From contig JALUTT010000120.1 of assembly GCA_027021705.1 (NCBI GenBank), positions 37,005-101,004 on the forward strand: 64,000 nt of DNA, read 5' to 3'. Shown in pieces: positions 35,968 through 45,486 of the stretch. This stretch comes from Anaerolineae bacterium. GTDB lineage: Bacteria; Chloroflexota; Anaerolineae; S140-20. A model generated the notes under the pieces. That model worked only from the letters and a program-made list of their open reading frames with translations. It was not told where the DNA came from and did no database searches. A program made the position numbers and the translations under genes. The first letter of the stretch is position 1. Each line of letters opens with the position of its first letter.

Positions 35968-36028
35968 TCGGTCGGTGGTCGGCGGTCCGCCAGAAAACCC
36001 CTTTGACAAACCAAAGTGGTCGTGCTGT

Positions 36029-37153
36029 ATGGCGAATCTACGCAAACTTCTCCGGTTCTTCGTGTTCCTCTTCGTGCTCGTCCTCCTGGCCGGCGCCGGC
36101 TGGTTCGTGATCGTCCGGCTGCGGCAGACGGGCGGGGCCTCGGCCGCGCTGCCCGGCTTGGATGACGTGGCCGTGAACGCCTACCTGGCCGCCCGGCGCT
36201 CCCAGCTCTACGTGCCGGCCGGTGACGATCCCACCCCCGTCACCTTTGTTGTCCGGCCCGGAGAGACGGCGGCCAGCGTGGCCCAGCGGCTCCAGCAGCA
36301 GGGGCTGATCAAGGACGCCCGCCTCTTCCGTGCCTACCTGCGGGCCGAGGGGCTGGACGCCGGCCTGGAAGCGGGGGAGTACACGCTGAGGGCGACGATG
36401 ACGATGGCGGAGATCGCCCGCGTCCTCCAGCACGGGCGGGTGGAGGAGCGCAGCATCACCATCCCGGAGGGGTTGCGCCTGGAGGAGGTGGCCAGCCTGG
36501 TGGCGGTGAAGGCCGGCCTGGATCCCAACGCCTTCCTACAACTGGCCCGCTCCGGCGACTTCGACTACGACTTCCTGCGGGATCGCCCCGCCGGTGCCAC
36601 CCTGGAGGGCTACCTCTTCCCCGACACCTACCGGCTGCCGGAGGGGGCCACCGCTGAGGACCTGATCCGTCGGATGCTGGACAACTTTGACGCCAAGGTG
36701 ACGCCGGCGATGCGGGCCCAGGCCGCCCAGCGGGGGATGACCCTGTACGAGGTCGTCACCCTGGCTTCCATCGTGGAGCGGGAGGCGGTGCTGCCTGAGG
36801 AGCGCCCCCTCATCGCCAGCGTCTACCTCAACCGGCTGGCCCTGGGGATGAAGCTGGATGCCGACCCTACCGTCCAGTACGCTTTGGGCTACCAGCCGGA
36901 GCAGGGGACCTGGTGGCCGGTTCTGACGCTGGAGGATTACCAGGGGGTGGACTCCCCTTACAACACCTACAAGTACGGGGGGCTTCCCCCAGGCCCCATC
37001 GCCAGCCCCGGCCTGGCCTCCATTCAGGCCGTGCTGGAGCCGGCCGAGAGCGACTACCTCTACTTCCTGCGCGACTGTGAGGCCGACGACGGCCGGCACC
37101 TCTTCGCCAGGACGGAAGAGGAGCACTACGCCAACTACGCCCGCTGTCAGTGA
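36029..37153 (+). CDS. mltG: Endolytic murein transglycosylase
   Basis: [41 protein letters not shown]. Confidence 0.93.
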   Translation: MANLRKLLRFFVFLFVLVLLAGAGWFVIVRLRQTGGASAALPGLDDVAVNAYLAARRSQLYVPAGDDPTPVTFVVRPGETAASVAQRLQQQGLIKDARLFRAYLRAEGLDAGLEAGEYTLRATMTMAEIARVLQHGRVEERSITIPEGLRLEEVASLVAVKAGLDPNAFLQLARSGDFDYDFLRDRPAGATLEGYLFPDTYRLPEGATAEDLIRRMLDNFDAKVTPAMRAQAAQRGMTLYEVVTLASIVEREAVLPEERPLIASVYLNRLALGMKLDADPTVQYALGYQPEQGTWWPVLTLEDYQGVDSPYNTYKYGGLPPGPIASPGLASIQAVLEPAESDYLYFLRDCEADDGRHLFARTEEEHYANYARCQ

Positions 37154-37231
37154 GGGGAAGTATCCAAGCACCTAGGCAAGGAGTGCGTGCCGATGAAGCG
37201 CTGTCCTCAATGCGGAGTGGCACTGTCAATA

Positions 37232-37735
37232 CTAGCGAAGTGTACGGCCTAATGCACGTAGTAGATCGAACGTGTTTATGTAGCCTACTCTTACCAATTG
37301 ACATACATTGGGGATTTTAATTCGACCTTTGTACCGTCCTGACCGTTGGTCACGCTGTTCCTGTTTGAGGGCCTCCATCGTGACCACGACCAGGTTGTGA
37401 GCCTTCGCGCAGGCGATGACCCAGGGGTCCGCCCCGCTTAGGAAGCCCTGAACGTGGTGCGGCTCATACCGAAGGTTTACCAGGTTGGCTATCCTGGAAT
37501 ATGCTGTGACAGTTGCTTGATCCGGGTTCACGAACAAGGTTTCTCTGTGATTTTTGGCCCATTCGGATAGTTGGTCTCGTGAACGGACCAGTTCGTCATA
37601 GACCGGGAGGGGACTACAAATAATAGCCTGTTCAGCCCATTCAGCGAGCGCTTCCCAAAAACCTGGTGCAATATCGAAGGCATAGTATCTCCGGTGGGCC
37701 TCAATGAAAACGTTGGCGTCCAAGCAGTACTGCAC
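37232..37735 (-). CDS. DUF4411-family PIN-like protein
   Basis: YCLDANVFIEA..RYY.FDIAPGFW, ADPWVIA.A, IKIPNVC. Confidence 0.82.
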   Translation of the reverse strand: MQYCLDANVFIEAHRRYYAFDIAPGFWEALAEWAEQAIICSPLPVYDELVRSRDQLSEWAKNHRETLFVNPDQATVTAYSRIANLVNLRYEPHHVQGFLSGADPWVIACAKAHNLVVVTMEALKQEQRDQRSGRYKGRIKIPNVCQLVRVGYINTFDLLRALGRTLR

Positions 37736-37762
37736 GTGTTTTCCCCTTCTCCCGAGGGAAAA

Positions 37763-38929
37763 TCAGAGCCCAATCTGTTGGAGGAGGTTCTCCAATGTCT
37801 GAGGTTGAACGTTCAGCAAACGAGAAGCTTCTTGGTAAAGGAGAGCTTCTTGCCGCAAGGCAATTCCAATCTCCCGAAGCAACAGTAACCCATTGCGGGC
37901 TTGCAAGTTATGATAGAAGTTCCCTCGACCTCGCCGAGAAGGGGTCCTTCTAACCTTCTCTTGGGCTTGATCATAAGCGATTTGGAACCCTTCGGAAGAG
38001 ATCAATCCGAGTTCGCGGGCACGGATCAGAACCACGAAGACGCTTACTCGAAAGGCCCGTGCCATCTCTTGGGCAGTGTGGAGGATATCTTGCCCCTGTG
38101 TCCATCGTCTGCGCAGCTCGTGGGCTGGAACGAGTAGTTCCGCAGCGACCTGATTGCATAGCCGCTCGATGGCCGGCGTTTCAGGAAAGGGATGAGGGGC
38201 CGGCTCAGGGTTGGACACGCCACCGGTACCCGTCCAGATATGGCCTAGTTCGTGGGCTAGGGTGAAAATGCGACCAGCGATAGAGTCACGGGCGTTGATG
38301 AAGATCAGAGGGGCATATCTGTCTATCAAAGCGAAACCACGGAACTCTTCTACAGAGAGTGTGCGCCGAGAATTGCTACCCACAATGCCGCTTTGCAGGA
38401 CCATAATGTCCGCACTTTCTGCATGTCGAACGAGTAGACGCAGGTGCTCCTCCCAACTTCGTGCCCTCTGGGCTGGCGGCATAGGAAGCGCAAGCCTTGC
38501 ACGGATGTCGGCAGCAATACTCTCGGGAGCGTCCTCTTGAGAGAACTTGCCTACAAAGGGAAGTGGATCAGCGCCTTCCCGGACACGCCATTCACGCATC
38601 CAATCACGTTTTCGCAGAGCATCGTTAAGCACATCCTCTAAATCGGGGCTGAACCTGCCTCGCTCAGCATCAGGAAGGGAGCGAAAATCCACAATCGGCA
38701 CAGTCGTGGTCGGGGGAGCGGATAGAAAGAGATACCCCATCGGAATCCGCAGAGCACGAGCCAGCTTCTGAGCCTGCCGAAAAGTAGGTCGGGCCTTGCC
38801 TGTCTCCCATGCACGCACCACTTCGGGTTTTCTAGCTTTCCCGACCTTCTTTGCCAGTTGCTCCTTGCTCAGTCCGGCACGCTGCCTGGCCCAGCGTAGA
38901 ACGGCGGGATTGATGCTTACGTAGGTCAT
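37763..38929 (-). CDS. XRE-HTH plus ImmA/IrrE-family metallopeptidase
   Basis: INPAVLRWAR HTH, FRGFAL, FTLAHELGH (HExxH), ERLCNQVAAELLVP. Confidence 0.88.
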   Translation of the reverse strand: MTYVSINPAVLRWARQRAGLSKEQLAKKVGKARKPEVVRAWETGKARPTFRQAQKLARALRIPMGYLFLSAPPTTTVPIVDFRSLPDAERGRFSPDLEDVLNDALRKRDWMREWRVREGADPLPFVGKFSQEDAPESIAADIRARLALPMPPAQRARSWEEHLRLLVRHAESADIMVLQSGIVGSNSRRTLSVEEFRGFALIDRYAPLIFINARDSIAGRIFTLAHELGHIWTGTGGVSNPEPAPHPFPETPAIERLCNQVAAELLVPAHELRRRWTQGQDILHTAQEMARAFRVSVFVVLIRARELGLISSEGFQIAYDQAQEKVRRTPSRRGRGNFYHNLQARNGLLLLREIGIALRQEALLYQEASRLLNVQPQTLENLLQQIGL

Positions 38930-39070
38930 AAGGGTCCCCAACTCGCTTCCTGACCAACCGTGAACGTCCGAGCACGGCTTGACGCGCAAATAGGAGAGAC
39001 TATCTCCCCCCCAACTCAGCCAGACTGTGGCCCCTTTGTGGACTTTGCTCCCAGGGATGGACGCCGGGGA

Positions 39071-39400
39071 TCATCCGAAGAGCATGCGGAGTTGGCGGCG
39101 GAAGTGGTGGTCTTGCAAGCGGGCCAGCGTTACCGTCTCCTCGTAGGCTTTGCCGTAGAGCCCCTTCTTCGTCAGGTAGACGCAGGGCGTCCCGTCGGAC
39201 GTGATGCCCGGCGTCCCCCCCTCGATCCCCAAGGCCGTCAATTCCGCCTGGATGGCCCGAATGGTCGCCAACTTGCCGGGGTCCTCCAGCCTGCCTGCCT
39301 GCCGGGACCGCTCCCGCTGGTGCTTCTCCCATTCCGCCAGGACCAGCGGGTAGCGCGTCCGCAGCCAGTTGATCAGCTCGTTGTACCGGTCTCCACCCAT
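39071..39400 (-). CDS. Hypothetical protein
   Basis: 109-aa ORF overlapping the rimO stop, host-like codon usage. Confidence 0.55.
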   Translation of the reverse strand: MGGDRYNELINWLRTRYPLVLAEWEKHQRERSRQAGRLEDPGKLATIRAIQAELTALGIEGGTPGITSDGTPCVYLTKKGLYGKAYEETVTLARLQDHHFRRQLRMLFG

Positions 39401-40758
39401 TGTACCCTCTCTCGTGCCTGGGGGACCGCTTCCACCGTCCCCACCAGATCGTAAACCATCGCGCCGGTGATGCGCACCGGAACCATCGTGCCTACCGGCA
39501 GCTCCTCCTCGATGAACACCAGACCGTCCACCTCGGGGGCATCGCGGTAGCTACGCCCCACCGAGAGCCCATCCCCCTGCCCCTCGATCAGCACCTCCAG
39601 CCGTCGGCCAACGAAGGATTGTTGCCGGCGCAGGGAGATCTGCTGTTGGAGGGCCATCAGCCGCTCCCGCCGCTCCGCCTTCACCGCCTCGGGCAGGTGG
39701 CCCGGCAGACGGGCCGATGGGGTCCCCGGCTCGTAGGAGTAGGGGAAAACCCCCACCCGGTCGAACTGGATCTCTTCCACAAAGTCAAGCAGGGCCTGGA
39801 ACTCGGCTTCCGTCTCACCTGGATAGCCGACGATGAAGGTGGTGCGCAGGGCGATCTCCGGCATCGCTTCTCGCAGGCGGGCGATGGTGTCGTACACCCA
39901 GCGGAGGTTGGCCGGTCGGCGCATCCGCCGCAGGACCGCCGGGTGCGCGTGCTGGAGCGGGATGTCCAAGTAGGGCAGGATCTGCTCGTGCTGGGCCATC
40001 ACTTCGATGAGACGGGGCGTCACGTAGCCCGGATAGGCGTACATCACCCGGATCCAGGGCACCTCGGGGACCGTCTGGACAAGCTGTTCCAACAACCAGG
40101 CCAGCCCATCCTTCATCCCCAGGTCGTGGCCGTAATCGGTGGTGTCCTGGGCGATGAGGATCAGTTCCTGGACGCCGGCATCGGCCAGCCGACGGGCTTC
40201 GGCCAGGATCCGTTCCGGTGGGCGGCTGACAAGAGGGCCCTTGATGCGGGGGATGGTGCAGAAGGCACAAGGCCGGCGGCAGCCGTCGGCGATCTTGAGA
40301 TAGGCGCTCGCCCCCTGGAGGGCCACCCGCAGTGTCCCACGCTCATCCTGGCCCACCGTCGCTGCCTCATCGGGCAGGTGGTAGAGGGGCTCCGGCCCCT
40401 TCCGGCCCCGCACCCGCTCCACGACCTCCACGATGTCCATCCAACGCCGGGTGCCCAGCAGGCCGTCCAGGCCGGGCACCTGGCGGATCAGCGCTTCCCC
40501 CCAGAGCTGGGAGAGGCAGCCGGCGGCGATAAGGGTCTGGTCGGCCCGCTTGCCGGCGGCCAACTCGCGCAGCATTTCCACCGACTCCTCCCGGGCGGGG
40601 CCGATGAAACCGCAGGTATTCACGATGAGCAGGTCTGCCTGCTCCGGCTCAGCCACGCTCTCGTAGCCGGCCTGCCGGAGCAACTGGGCCATGCTCTCGG
40701 AGTCCACCGTGTTCTTGGCACAGCCTAAGGAGAGCAAGAAGAAACGTTGAAGGGACAT
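39373..40758 (-). CDS. rimO: Ribosomal protein S12 methylthiotransferase
   Basis: SLGCAKNTVDSE, NTCGFI, GCRRPCAFC radical-SAM motif, APEVDG TRAM domain. Confidence 0.95.
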   Translation of the reverse strand: MSLQRFFLLSLGCAKNTVDSESMAQLLRQAGYESVAEPEQADLLIVNTCGFIGPAREESVEMLRELAAGKRADQTLIAAGCLSQLWGEALIRQVPGLDGLLGTRRWMDIVEVVERVRGRKGPEPLYHLPDEAATVGQDERGTLRVALQGASAYLKIADGCRRPCAFCTIPRIKGPLVSRPPERILAEARRLADAGVQELILIAQDTTDYGHDLGMKDGLAWLLEQLVQTVPEVPWIRVMYAYPGYVTPRLIEVMAQHEQILPYLDIPLQHAHPAVLRRMRRPANLRWVYDTIARLREAMPEIALRTTFIVGYPGETEAEFQALLDFVEEIQFDRVGVFPYSYEPGTPSARLPGHLPEAVKAERRERLMALQQQISLRRQQSFVGRRLEVLIEGQGDGLSVGRSYRDAPEVDGLVFIEEELPVGTMVPVRITGAMVYDLVGTVEAVPQARERVQWVETGTTS

Positions 40759-40774
40759 AGGGATGCAGTGCGTG

Positions 40775-41107
40775 TTACGTGTTGCGTGGTGAGTCTTCCC
40801 CGCGCTGGTGGCCGGCGCGAGCCTCCAGCCACTTTTTCAGGGATTCGGGCGTCTCCCCAGACCGCCTGCCGGCCAAAATGCCGCTGATGCTTAGATCTTC
40901 GTCCAGGTCCGGCCAGTGGAGGATTGTCCCGTCCCCAATGATTTCAAAATGGGCCCGCTCCTCTGGTGTACCGTACCACAAACGGGGATACCAAGCCAGC
41001 GGTACGCTGATCGCTCGTCCATCCACCAGTTCGACGATGAGCGTCTCTTCATTGATCTCAACACGCCGCGCTCTCGCTTCTTGTACTTCAACGGCCAAAG
41101 AATTCAT
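40775..41107 (-). CDS. DUF2442 protein (putative antitoxin)
   Basis: L.DGR.ISVPLAWYPRL..GTPEER....HWPDLDEDLS. Confidence 0.85.
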   Translation of the reverse strand: MNSLAVEVQEARARRVEINEETLIVELVDGRAISVPLAWYPRLWYGTPEERAHFEIIGDGTILHWPDLDEDLSISGILAGRRSGETPESLKKWLEARAGHQRGEDSPRNT

Positions 41108-41118
41108 AACTTTCTATC

Positions 41119-41165
41119 AGGCAACCGGACCCAACCCAAATTTTGTCACCACCCTCTCTCGCTGA
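41119..41165 (-). pseudogene. Internal/C-terminal remnant of a DUF4160 gene
   Basis: Translates QRERVVTKFGLGPVA*, compared with DRENKSAKFWLDPV in the intact paralogue. Confidence 0.45.
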
Positions 41166-41235
41166 CGAGGGCGTCAGCGGCTGGCGGAGCCGAGCGCAGC
41201 GAGGCGAAGCCCATCCGCTGCACGCCGGGTTAGGC
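41160..41235 (-). other. Integron attC-like site
   Basis: Minus strand GCCTAAC (contains the ORF stop) ... GCAGCGGA/CCGCTGA stem ... GTCAGCG. Confidence 0.75.
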
Positions 41236-41550
41236 CCTATTTGGGGGCTTCTTCTTATGATGAGCAGCTAACCATTTTGTGAAAGACTCCGGGCTTTCTG
41301 TAGAACGCTTTCCGAAAAGCAGCCCCTCCACCCCTATATCTTCATCTAAGTCCGGCCAATGAATCCCATAGCCCGCGCCCGCGATACGGAAATTCTGCCG
41401 CTCTTCCGGTGTGGCGTGGACCAAACGAGGATACCAACTCAGCGGCACCGAGATGGTGCGCCCATCTTCCAGGTCCACGCTGAGGGTGTCCTCTGTCACT
41501 CGGACCTGCACAATTTTAGGTAAGGCTACCGTGACGACCGCAGAATTCAT
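41230..41550 (-). CDS. DUF2442 protein (cassette-borne)
   Basis: LEDGRTISVPLSWYPRL, GIHWPDLDEDIG. Confidence 0.85.
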   Translation of the reverse strand: MNSAVVTVALPKIVQVRVTEDTLSVDLEDGRTISVPLSWYPRLVHATPEERQNFRIAGAGYGIHWPDLDEDIGVEGLLFGKRSTESPESFTKWLAAHHKKKPPNRA

Positions 41551-41773
41551 CCCACCGCTCCCGAAGCAAGGTTAGATGTTCCGTCAAAAGTCGCTCAATG
41601 CGACGCAACTCAGCTCGGCTGTATCCGTAATTGGCGGCCAGGGTAACCACAGGGTCCAACCAGAATTTGGCGCTCTTGTTCTCGCGGTCAACATGAACGT
41701 GACGTGGTTCCTGACAGTCGTAAGAGTACAAGTAGATCCGATATGGACCTTTGCGCAACAACGTTGGACTCAT
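41516..41773 (-). CDS. DUF4160 protein (cassette-borne TA partner)
   Basis: MSPTLLRKGPYRIYLYS...EPRHVHV....AKFWLDP. Confidence 0.85.
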   Translation of the reverse strand: MSPTLLRKGPYRIYLYSYDCQEPRHVHVDRENKSAKFWLDPVVTLAANYGYSRAELRRIERLLTEHLTLLRERWDEFCGRHGSLT

Positions 41774-41779
41774 TCTGAT

Positions 41780-41851
41780 TCCTAACAGCTTGCTCCAGCC
41801 GCCGCGAGCGAGCGCAGCGAGCGAGGCGGTCGGATGCAAGCGATGTTATTA
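41780..41851 (-). other. Integron attC-like site
   Basis: Minus strand TAATAAC-ATC-GCTTGCATCCGACCGCC...GGCGGCTGGAGCAAGC-T-GTTAGGA. Confidence 0.75.
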
Positions 41852-41987
41852 GAATGTAATTGCGGTTGGGCACGGATGGTGCTATCCTATCCATACGCGC
41901 GATGAGAGACGGGAACGCACCCGGGAGCACGGAGCGTGTGGGCGAGCCGAGCGTGCCTATGGGAAGGCTTCCGCCAAGCCCGTCTTG

Positions 41988-42932
41988 TTAGGCAGGCCAA
42001 ACTTTCTGAATGTTCAAGCTTTCAGTGATACTTCCACGTTGTTCATCAGTAAGTGCACTTCGCTCCAGAAGTGCCTTGAACCAGGGGAGTTCTAAGAGCT
42101 TTTGCAGTCTCCGGCCTTCTCTGCTTAAACGAACAGCATTTTCTTGACCCGCTGCTCTGCTACCTCTCCGTTGAATACCAGGCCATACATTGAGATAATT
42201 ACGAATAAATTCATCCACAGACAAGGTACGGAACAGCAAAGGGATATTACCCTTAAGACGGCTTAACAGATCTTCCGCTGCTATCCATTCGTCCTGTGAT
42301 AGCTTTCTAAGCTCTTTAAGGAGATAACGATAACGTTCATCGAAAGTAGTCGGAACCACATAAATTTCTCGATAATCGAATTCGCGCTTGTTTAGACTAA
42401 AGGGTTGCAAGTATTTGCCATCTTCTCTGAGATTGGCAACAAAAGTGTAGTAAAGTTTTGGAATGAGTCCGCTCAAGTAAGCTGACTGAATCAAAGCGGC
42501 GTTTAGCACGTTAGTGCCACCGGTCAGGTTCGCCCAAATATGCTTTCCTACCTTCCCCGGCGAGTGGAACCGAAGCAGTGCTTTGGCAACCGCTTCAAAG
42601 CATTCGCCAAAGTCATTAACGTCTATCTGAACCAAGTAGACTTCTACATTGCCATTGAATTCACTTTTTTGCAGAAAACCATTTACTATTTCTACAGCAT
42701 TGCGCTTTCCCCGCGTCCAGGTCTTGCGAACGGCACGCTTCATATATTCATTGTGCTCGGCGGGGGAAGACTTCTCTTTACCAGATGCGACTTCTTTGGA
42801 TGTGAAAATAACAACCGCTTCAACGATGGCACCATCTTCAAATGACGGGCCAATTTCGTGTTTCAAATAAGCCAGTCCACTTGTGACGGCACCGGGTGAC
42901 TTGCCGAGACCGGTAAAGTGTACTACACCCAT
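41988..42932 (-). CDS. CARF-like (CRISPR-associated Rossmann fold) plus winged-helix protein, cassette-borne
   Basis: N-terminal HFTGLGKSPGAVT and IWANLTGGTNV motifs; low GC; stop within GCCTAAC. Confidence 0.6.
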   Translation of the reverse strand: MGVVHFTGLGKSPGAVTSGLAYLKHEIGPSFEDGAIVEAVVIFTSKEVASGKEKSSPAEHNEYMKRAVRKTWTRGKRNAVEIVNGFLQKSEFNGNVEVYLVQIDVNDFGECFEAVAKALLRFHSPGKVGKHIWANLTGGTNVLNAALIQSAYLSGLIPKLYYTFVANLREDGKYLQPFSLNKREFDYREIYVVPTTFDERYRYLLKELRKLSQDEWIAAEDLLSRLKGNIPLLFRTLSVDEFIRNYLNVWPGIQRRGSRAAGQENAVRLSREGRRLQKLLELPWFKALLERSALTDEQRGSITESLNIQKVWPA

Positions 42933-42969
42933 CTAACACTCCTGCGGAAGCAAGAAGAAGCCTGCCTAG

Positions 42970-43048
42970 CACAGACATAGGGCAGCTCGCCATAGTCCAA
43001 GGATACAAAGAAGAACCGGTATGGCCCTATACGTTTAATGGTGGGCAT
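42970..43048 (-). pseudogene. N-terminal remnant of a DUF4160 gene
   Basis: MPTIKRIGPYRFFFVSLDYGELPYVC, similarity ends at GCTAGGC. Confidence 0.6.
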
Positions 43049-43110
43049 CGTGTGAACGCCTATTGCAAGAGCAAGAGCCGCCTTGGCAGATTTCAACGGA
43101 CGGAAGGCGA

Positions 43111-43992
43111 TTAGGGGGACGGTGTCGGCAGTGGTGTGGGTGTGGTGGTAGGCAGCGGGGTGGCCGGACCGGCAGGGCTCCAGGCCCGCAGGACTACCTC
43201 TCCCCGTCCGCCCAACGGCCCCTGGGGCTGTCCGTTGACCGTCGCTTCTACACCGGCCCCGTTGCCCGTGTGCACGGCGACCTGCTGCCGGCCCGACCAC
43301 TGCTGGGGCGTGCCGGGGGCCAGAATCCCCTCGAAGGTGAGTCGGCCATCGGTGAAGACCTGTACCCAGACATGCTCCCGGGCGGTGAGGGCCATCTCCA
43401 CCAGGTCGGTGCGGACGGCGAAGGTGGGCGTCGGGGTCAGCGCCAGGGCGGTGGGAAGGGCCGTCGGGGCCGTCTCCGTTGCCACCGCTGCGCCGGCGAG
43501 GGGAGCCGAGGGGGCCGTGGCCTCAGGAACAGTCCCTCCCCCACCCGACGAGGAGCGCCACAACCGCAGGCCGAAGACCCCACCGAGGGCCAGGACCAGC
43601 AGGATCAGGAGCAGACCCCACGGCAGCGAAGGCGAGGGCTCCAGACCCATCCCCTGGGGCCGGAAGATCGCCTGATCCTCCGGCACCTTTCCCGTCGGAG
43701 GGGCCGGGGCTGCCCGAGCGCCCCCATTGGAGGCGATGGTGGAAGGAGCCGGGGCGATGGGGGACGGCCCGCCGTCGTAGAGGGCCAGGACCTCCACCGG
43801 GTCCAGTCCCAGGTAGCGGGCGTAGTTGCGCAGGAACCCCCGAGCCTGGACCTCACCGGGCAACGCGGCCCAGTCCTCCATTTCCAGGGCTTCCAGATAG
43901 CAGCTTTTGATGCGCGTCACAGCCTCGGCGTCGGCCAGGGAGAGCCCCCTGGCCTCCCGCTGCTGTCGCAGCCGATTGCCCAGTTCGCCCAT
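43111..43992 (-). CDS. rodZ: RodZ-like HTH-TM-DUF4115 protein
   Basis: GNRLRQQREARGLSL, RGFLRNYARYLGLD, TM helix, GNGAGVEATVNG. Confidence 0.8.
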   Translation of the reverse strand: MGELGNRLRQQREARGLSLADAEAVTRIKSCYLEALEMEDWAALPGEVQARGFLRNYARYLGLDPVEVLALYDGGPSPIAPAPSTIASNGGARAAPAPPTGKVPEDQAIFRPQGMGLEPSPSLPWGLLLILLVLALGGVFGLRLWRSSSGGGGTVPEATAPSAPLAGAAVATETAPTALPTALALTPTPTFAVRTDLVEMALTAREHVWVQVFTDGRLTFEGILAPGTPQQWSGRQQVAVHTGNGAGVEATVNGQPQGPLGGRGEVVLRAWSPAGPATPLPTTTPTPLPTPSP

Positions 43993-44003
43993 AGCTTGTG
44001 GAG

Positions 44004-44351
44004 CTATTCCTCGCCGAAGAGCCGGCGGAAATCGCCGTCGAAGCGCTTCAGGAACTCGTGCAGGTCCAGCAGATCGTCGTCGCTGATGGGCGGGAGCGAG
44101 GCGTAGGCTTCCCATTCCTCAGGGGTCAGTTCGCCGCGGATCTCTTCCGCCTCATCCAGCTCCAGAGCGGCGACGATCATCCCCGCCGTCTCACAGTGGG
44201 GGCAGAAGCTGACCAGTACCCAGGTGTCGCCATGGCGCTCGACGATGGCGACATCTTCGTGGCGAAAGGGGTGGTGGCAGATGACGCACCGGACTTCAGC
44301 CACCACCCGGTCGAGCAACAGGCGGTCTATCTCGTCCCGATTGACGGCCAT
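44004..44351 (-). CDS. Conserved hypothetical protein with CxxC pairs
   Basis: CVIC and CPHC; PPISDDDLLDLHEFL..FDGDF. Confidence 0.7.
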   Translation of the reverse strand: MAVNRDEIDRLLLDRVVAEVRCVICHHPFRHEDVAIVERHGDTWVLVSFCPHCETAGMIVAALELDEAEEIRGELTPEEWEAYASLPPISDDDLLDLHEFLKRFDGDFRRLFGEE

Positions 44352-44354
44352 AGG

Positions 44355-44969
44355 TCAAGCCTCCGTCGCTGGTTCCTGCTCCGCTTCCGTGGCCTCGTGA
44401 GTAGGGGGTGTATCGGTGGGGGATACCTCCTCGGCGGCTTCGGGCACTGCATCCGCCTCCCCGGCTGTGGATTCGACCTCCGCCTCGGCTTCGGCCTCGG
44501 CTTCGGTCGCGATGGGGGGCTCTCCCTCCCGATGGACGATCACCGTGACCTCCGGCACCAGATCGGGGCTCAGGCGCACGGGGACCCGGTAGGTGCCCAG
44601 GCGGCGCAGGGGCTCACCGCCGATCTTGCGCCGGTCGAAGGGCCGGCCCAGTTCCCGCTCCAGCGCTTCGGCGATGTGGCCGGTGGTGACGGAGCCGTAG
44701 AGCCGGCCGGTCTCTTCGCTGGCCTTGACAGCGAAGGTGAGGGTAAGGGTCTGGATCTGCTCGGCCAGGGCGGTCAGTTCAGCCGTTTCGCGGGCTTGCC
44801 GCTCCACAGCTCGACGCCGCAGCACTTCCACCTGTTTGGCCACCCCTGGGGTCATCCGCAGGGCGAAGCCCTGGGGGATGAGGTAGTTGCGGGCGTACCC
44901 ATCGGCGACCTCTTTGATCTCGCCAGCCCGGCCCAGCCGTTCCACATCCTTCAGCAAGAGAATCTTCAT
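44355..44969 (-). CDS. rplI: 50S ribosomal protein L9 with acidic tail
   Basis: MKILLLKDVERLGRAG..EVADGYARNYLIPQG, GRLYGSVT. Confidence 0.95.
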   Translation of the reverse strand: MKILLLKDVERLGRAGEIKEVADGYARNYLIPQGFALRMTPGVAKQVEVLRRRAVERQARETAELTALAEQIQTLTLTFAVKASEETGRLYGSVTTGHIAEALERELGRPFDRRKIGGEPLRRLGTYRVPVRLSPDLVPEVTVIVHREGEPPIATEAEAEAEAEVESTAGEADAVPEAAEEVSPTDTPPTHEATEAEQEPATEA

Positions 44970-45090
44970 CGTGGTGATGCCCTCCTCTGTGGTTGAGGTT
45001 TGGCAGAATGATACCACAAATAAACGAAGGCGCAACCTGCCCCATTCAGCTTTGCAGGGCGCTTCTGCCCTCCCACTCCACCGGTCTGGC

Positions 45091-45486
45091 CTATTTCGGA
45101 TAGAAGCGTATTGTCAACCGGTCTTCAAGCAGCGCCAACTGCTGGTCCCGTGTGACCAGCATCATACCCTCTCGGATCGCTGTGGCAGCGATGAGCGCAT
45201 CGGGCAGGGAGAGTCGCCTCAGTCCTATCTCGCGGCGAAGCTGGCCTGCCAGTCGGGCGATCTCTCCATCCACTGCCACCCGCCGCAGGCAGAGGAGAAG
45301 AGCCTCGTGCTTCTCCTCTTCACCAGGTCTTAAACCCTGCCAGAGTTCTGCTTCAGTGATGGTGGAGAAAGCCCCCTGGATGGAGCCTTCGAGGACTTCT
45401 TCCACGAGGGGCCGCACGCCTGCCCGTCCGCAGTAGTAGTCTATCAAAGCCACTGTGTCGAAGAGGTAGCCTTCAGTTCCGTGCAT
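45091..45486 (-). CDS. VapC-like PIN toxin
   Basis: LFDTVALID, ITEAEL, LPDALIAATA, LVTRD. Confidence 0.85.
   Translation of the reverse strand: MHGTEGYLFDTVALIDYYCGRAGVRPLVEEVLEGSIQGAFSTITEAELWQGLRPGEEEKHEALLLCLRRVAVDGEIARLAGQLRREIGLRRLSLPDALIAATAIREGMMLVTRDQQLALLEDRLTIRFYPK

Noticed and set aside
35519..36028. N-terminal extension of MltG (544-aa ORF); similar extensions for ahcY, the vWA gene, the LysM gene and rodZ
   Set aside because: Extensions overlap other real genes or repeats; downstream ATGs give family-typical N-termini
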